Assembly (NCBI GenBank): GCA_964624275.1
Contig: CAZUXP010000002.1
Coordinates: 497 to 64,496, forward strand
Direction of reading: 5' to 3'
DNA length: 64,000 nucleotides
DNA from: an uncultured Methanosarcinales archaeon
Lineage (GTDB): Archaea > Nanobdellota > Nanobdellia > Woesearchaeales > DATGWN01
Below are positions 63,002-64,000 of this stretch, in pieces (the first letter of the stretch is position 1; every line of letters starts with the position of its first letter). A program made the position numbers and the translations under genes. The notes below the pieces were generated by a model. The model saw only the letters and a program-made list of their open reading frames with translations. It made no database searches and was not told the DNA's origin.

Positions 63002-64000
63002 TTACTCTAAAAACTGTTCAATAAAATCAGCACTATATCTAGTCATACGATAAATTTGTTGTCGTTTACCCCACTGGTCTTCAACAGCCGAATTAGTTTC
63101 ATTTTGCACATCTGGATGATAAAATTCCCAAACAATTTCTTTACTTTTCGTTATTTCAAAAACCCTTCCTGGTTCAGATTCAGTTATCAGAATATTTTTA
63201 TTTAGTAAAGGTTGAGCCATTCCTTGCGAAAGTGTATAAAAATCATCAGCTTTATATTCCCATTCAATTTGCATCGTAATAGGATTTAATTCAATTACTC
63301 GCGACCATTCTCGCCATCTCCCATTGTCCATAATGATAATGTTTCCATTTTCTGACATTAATGGGGTGTGTTGACCTTCTAAAGTTCCTGGAACTTGACT
63401 ATGAATCCCAGTCCAATGTACGTCTTGAGTATCCTTATCTAAAATGAATATCATACTTCCATGTCGAAAACTAATAATCCAATTACCAGGATTAAATGCA
63501 GGATGCATTCCTTGAAGTGGTGTTTCAGGTACAAAACTCATGCTGTTTAAGTGATAATAATCATAGTTTCCGCCCCAAATCGACGTGTTTTTATATGTGT
63601 TGTCTGCTAAATCTAAATGTCTTGGTTTATCTAATTCTAATGGTCTATGAAATGTTTGTAAGTATGCTAAATTATCCCATGTTGACCAAGTATTTAGGAG
63701 TGTCCCATTTGTATCATATTCCAAAATCGTATCAAACTCAACATTTCGTCCATTATACATATGCACTTCTTTTCCCATTGTAAAAATCGTTCCCCGTGGA
63801 CTTTCGATAATTTCGTGATGAATTGGCTCTTCAATTTCCCAAATTGGTGTGTCATTCCAAGTATACTTTCCCCATTTAGGACATTCAAAACATTGTTGTC
63901 CGTAGTAGTATCCATCACTTGAAATATATCCCAAGTAAATTGCATTTTCCCATTCATTAACGGTATTACCTTGCATATCAATAAGTTTTCCTTCGTACAA
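63002..64000 (-). CDS. beta-propeller protein, ASST-like paralog (5' end beyond the window)
   Basis: GNWIISFRHGSMIFILD, GQHTPLMSENGNIIIMDNG and GGNYDYYHLNS are collinear with 60924-61985. Confidence 0.35.
   Translation of the reverse strand: MYEGKLIDMQGNTVNEWENAIYLGYISSDGYYYGQQCFECPKWGKYTWNDTPIWEIEEPIHHEIIESPRGTIFTMGKEVHMYNGRNVEFDTILEYDTNGTLLNTWSTWDNLAYLQTFHRPLELDKPRHLDLADNTYKNTSIWGGNYDYYHLNSMSFVPETPLQGMHPAFNPGNWIISFRHGSMIFILDKDTQDVHWTGIHSQVPGTLEGQHTPLMSENGNIIIMDNGRWREWSRVIELNPITMQIEWEYKADDFYTLSQGMAQPLLNKNILITESEPGRVFEITKSKEIVWEFYHPDVQNETNSAVEDQWGKRQQIYRMTRYSADFIEQFLE

Overview
This is an AT-rich archaeal chromosomal segment. The evidence is an archaeal-type 16S 5' end (...CCGTTGATCCTGCGGGAG) together with fibrillarin/Nop5, aIF6, aIF5A, aIF5B and prefoldin. 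The gene content and compact layout suggest a DPANN-like lineage. Recognisable housekeeping genes are an ABC exporter, a Taw1-like radical-SAM enzyme, PEP synthase, a bacterial type-I GAPDH, an LMW phosphotyrosine phosphatase, a ParA/MinD ATPase, a THUMP methyltransferase, a ZPR1 zinc-finger protein, ArgRS, an RNase D-like exonuclease, HtpX, LemA, aIF5B, the eIF6-pfdA-ftsY block, ScpA, UMP kinase, the nog1-fibrillarin-nop5 block, an S2P protease, aIF5A and a DUF368 protein. A 16S-tRNA-Ala-23S rRNA operon lies on the minus strand with no linked 5S. The six-frame track calls many spurious ORFs inside it. An RNase P RNA gene that the ORF track cannot show lies at 13219-13517 (minus), with P1, CR-I and CR-V recognisable. 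The accessory content is a cell-surface complement. It includes a 2386-aa sequon-saturated protein with about 20 Ig-like repeats and a C-terminal membrane anchor. It also includes a 1366-aa DUF285-repeat protein with a lipobox signal peptide, encoded in the same window as a bacterial-type signal peptidase II (LspA) homolog, which is unusual for an archaeon. A class-III (pilin-type) signal-peptide protein with GLUG repeats sits next to a degraded fragment of a similar gene. Other observations are two HEPN/MNT pairs and two ASST-like beta-propeller paralogs. A conserved ~75-nt intergenic element in two copies may be a small-RNA family. A 54-aa L40e-like ORF lacks the zinc-ribbon cysteines. Two genes (nop5 and a CoaE-like kinase) have reading frames broken at or near homopolymer runs. 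A membrane protein carries a histone-H1-like KK-repeat tail. All coordinates of RNA genes are approximate, because they were aligned by eye.
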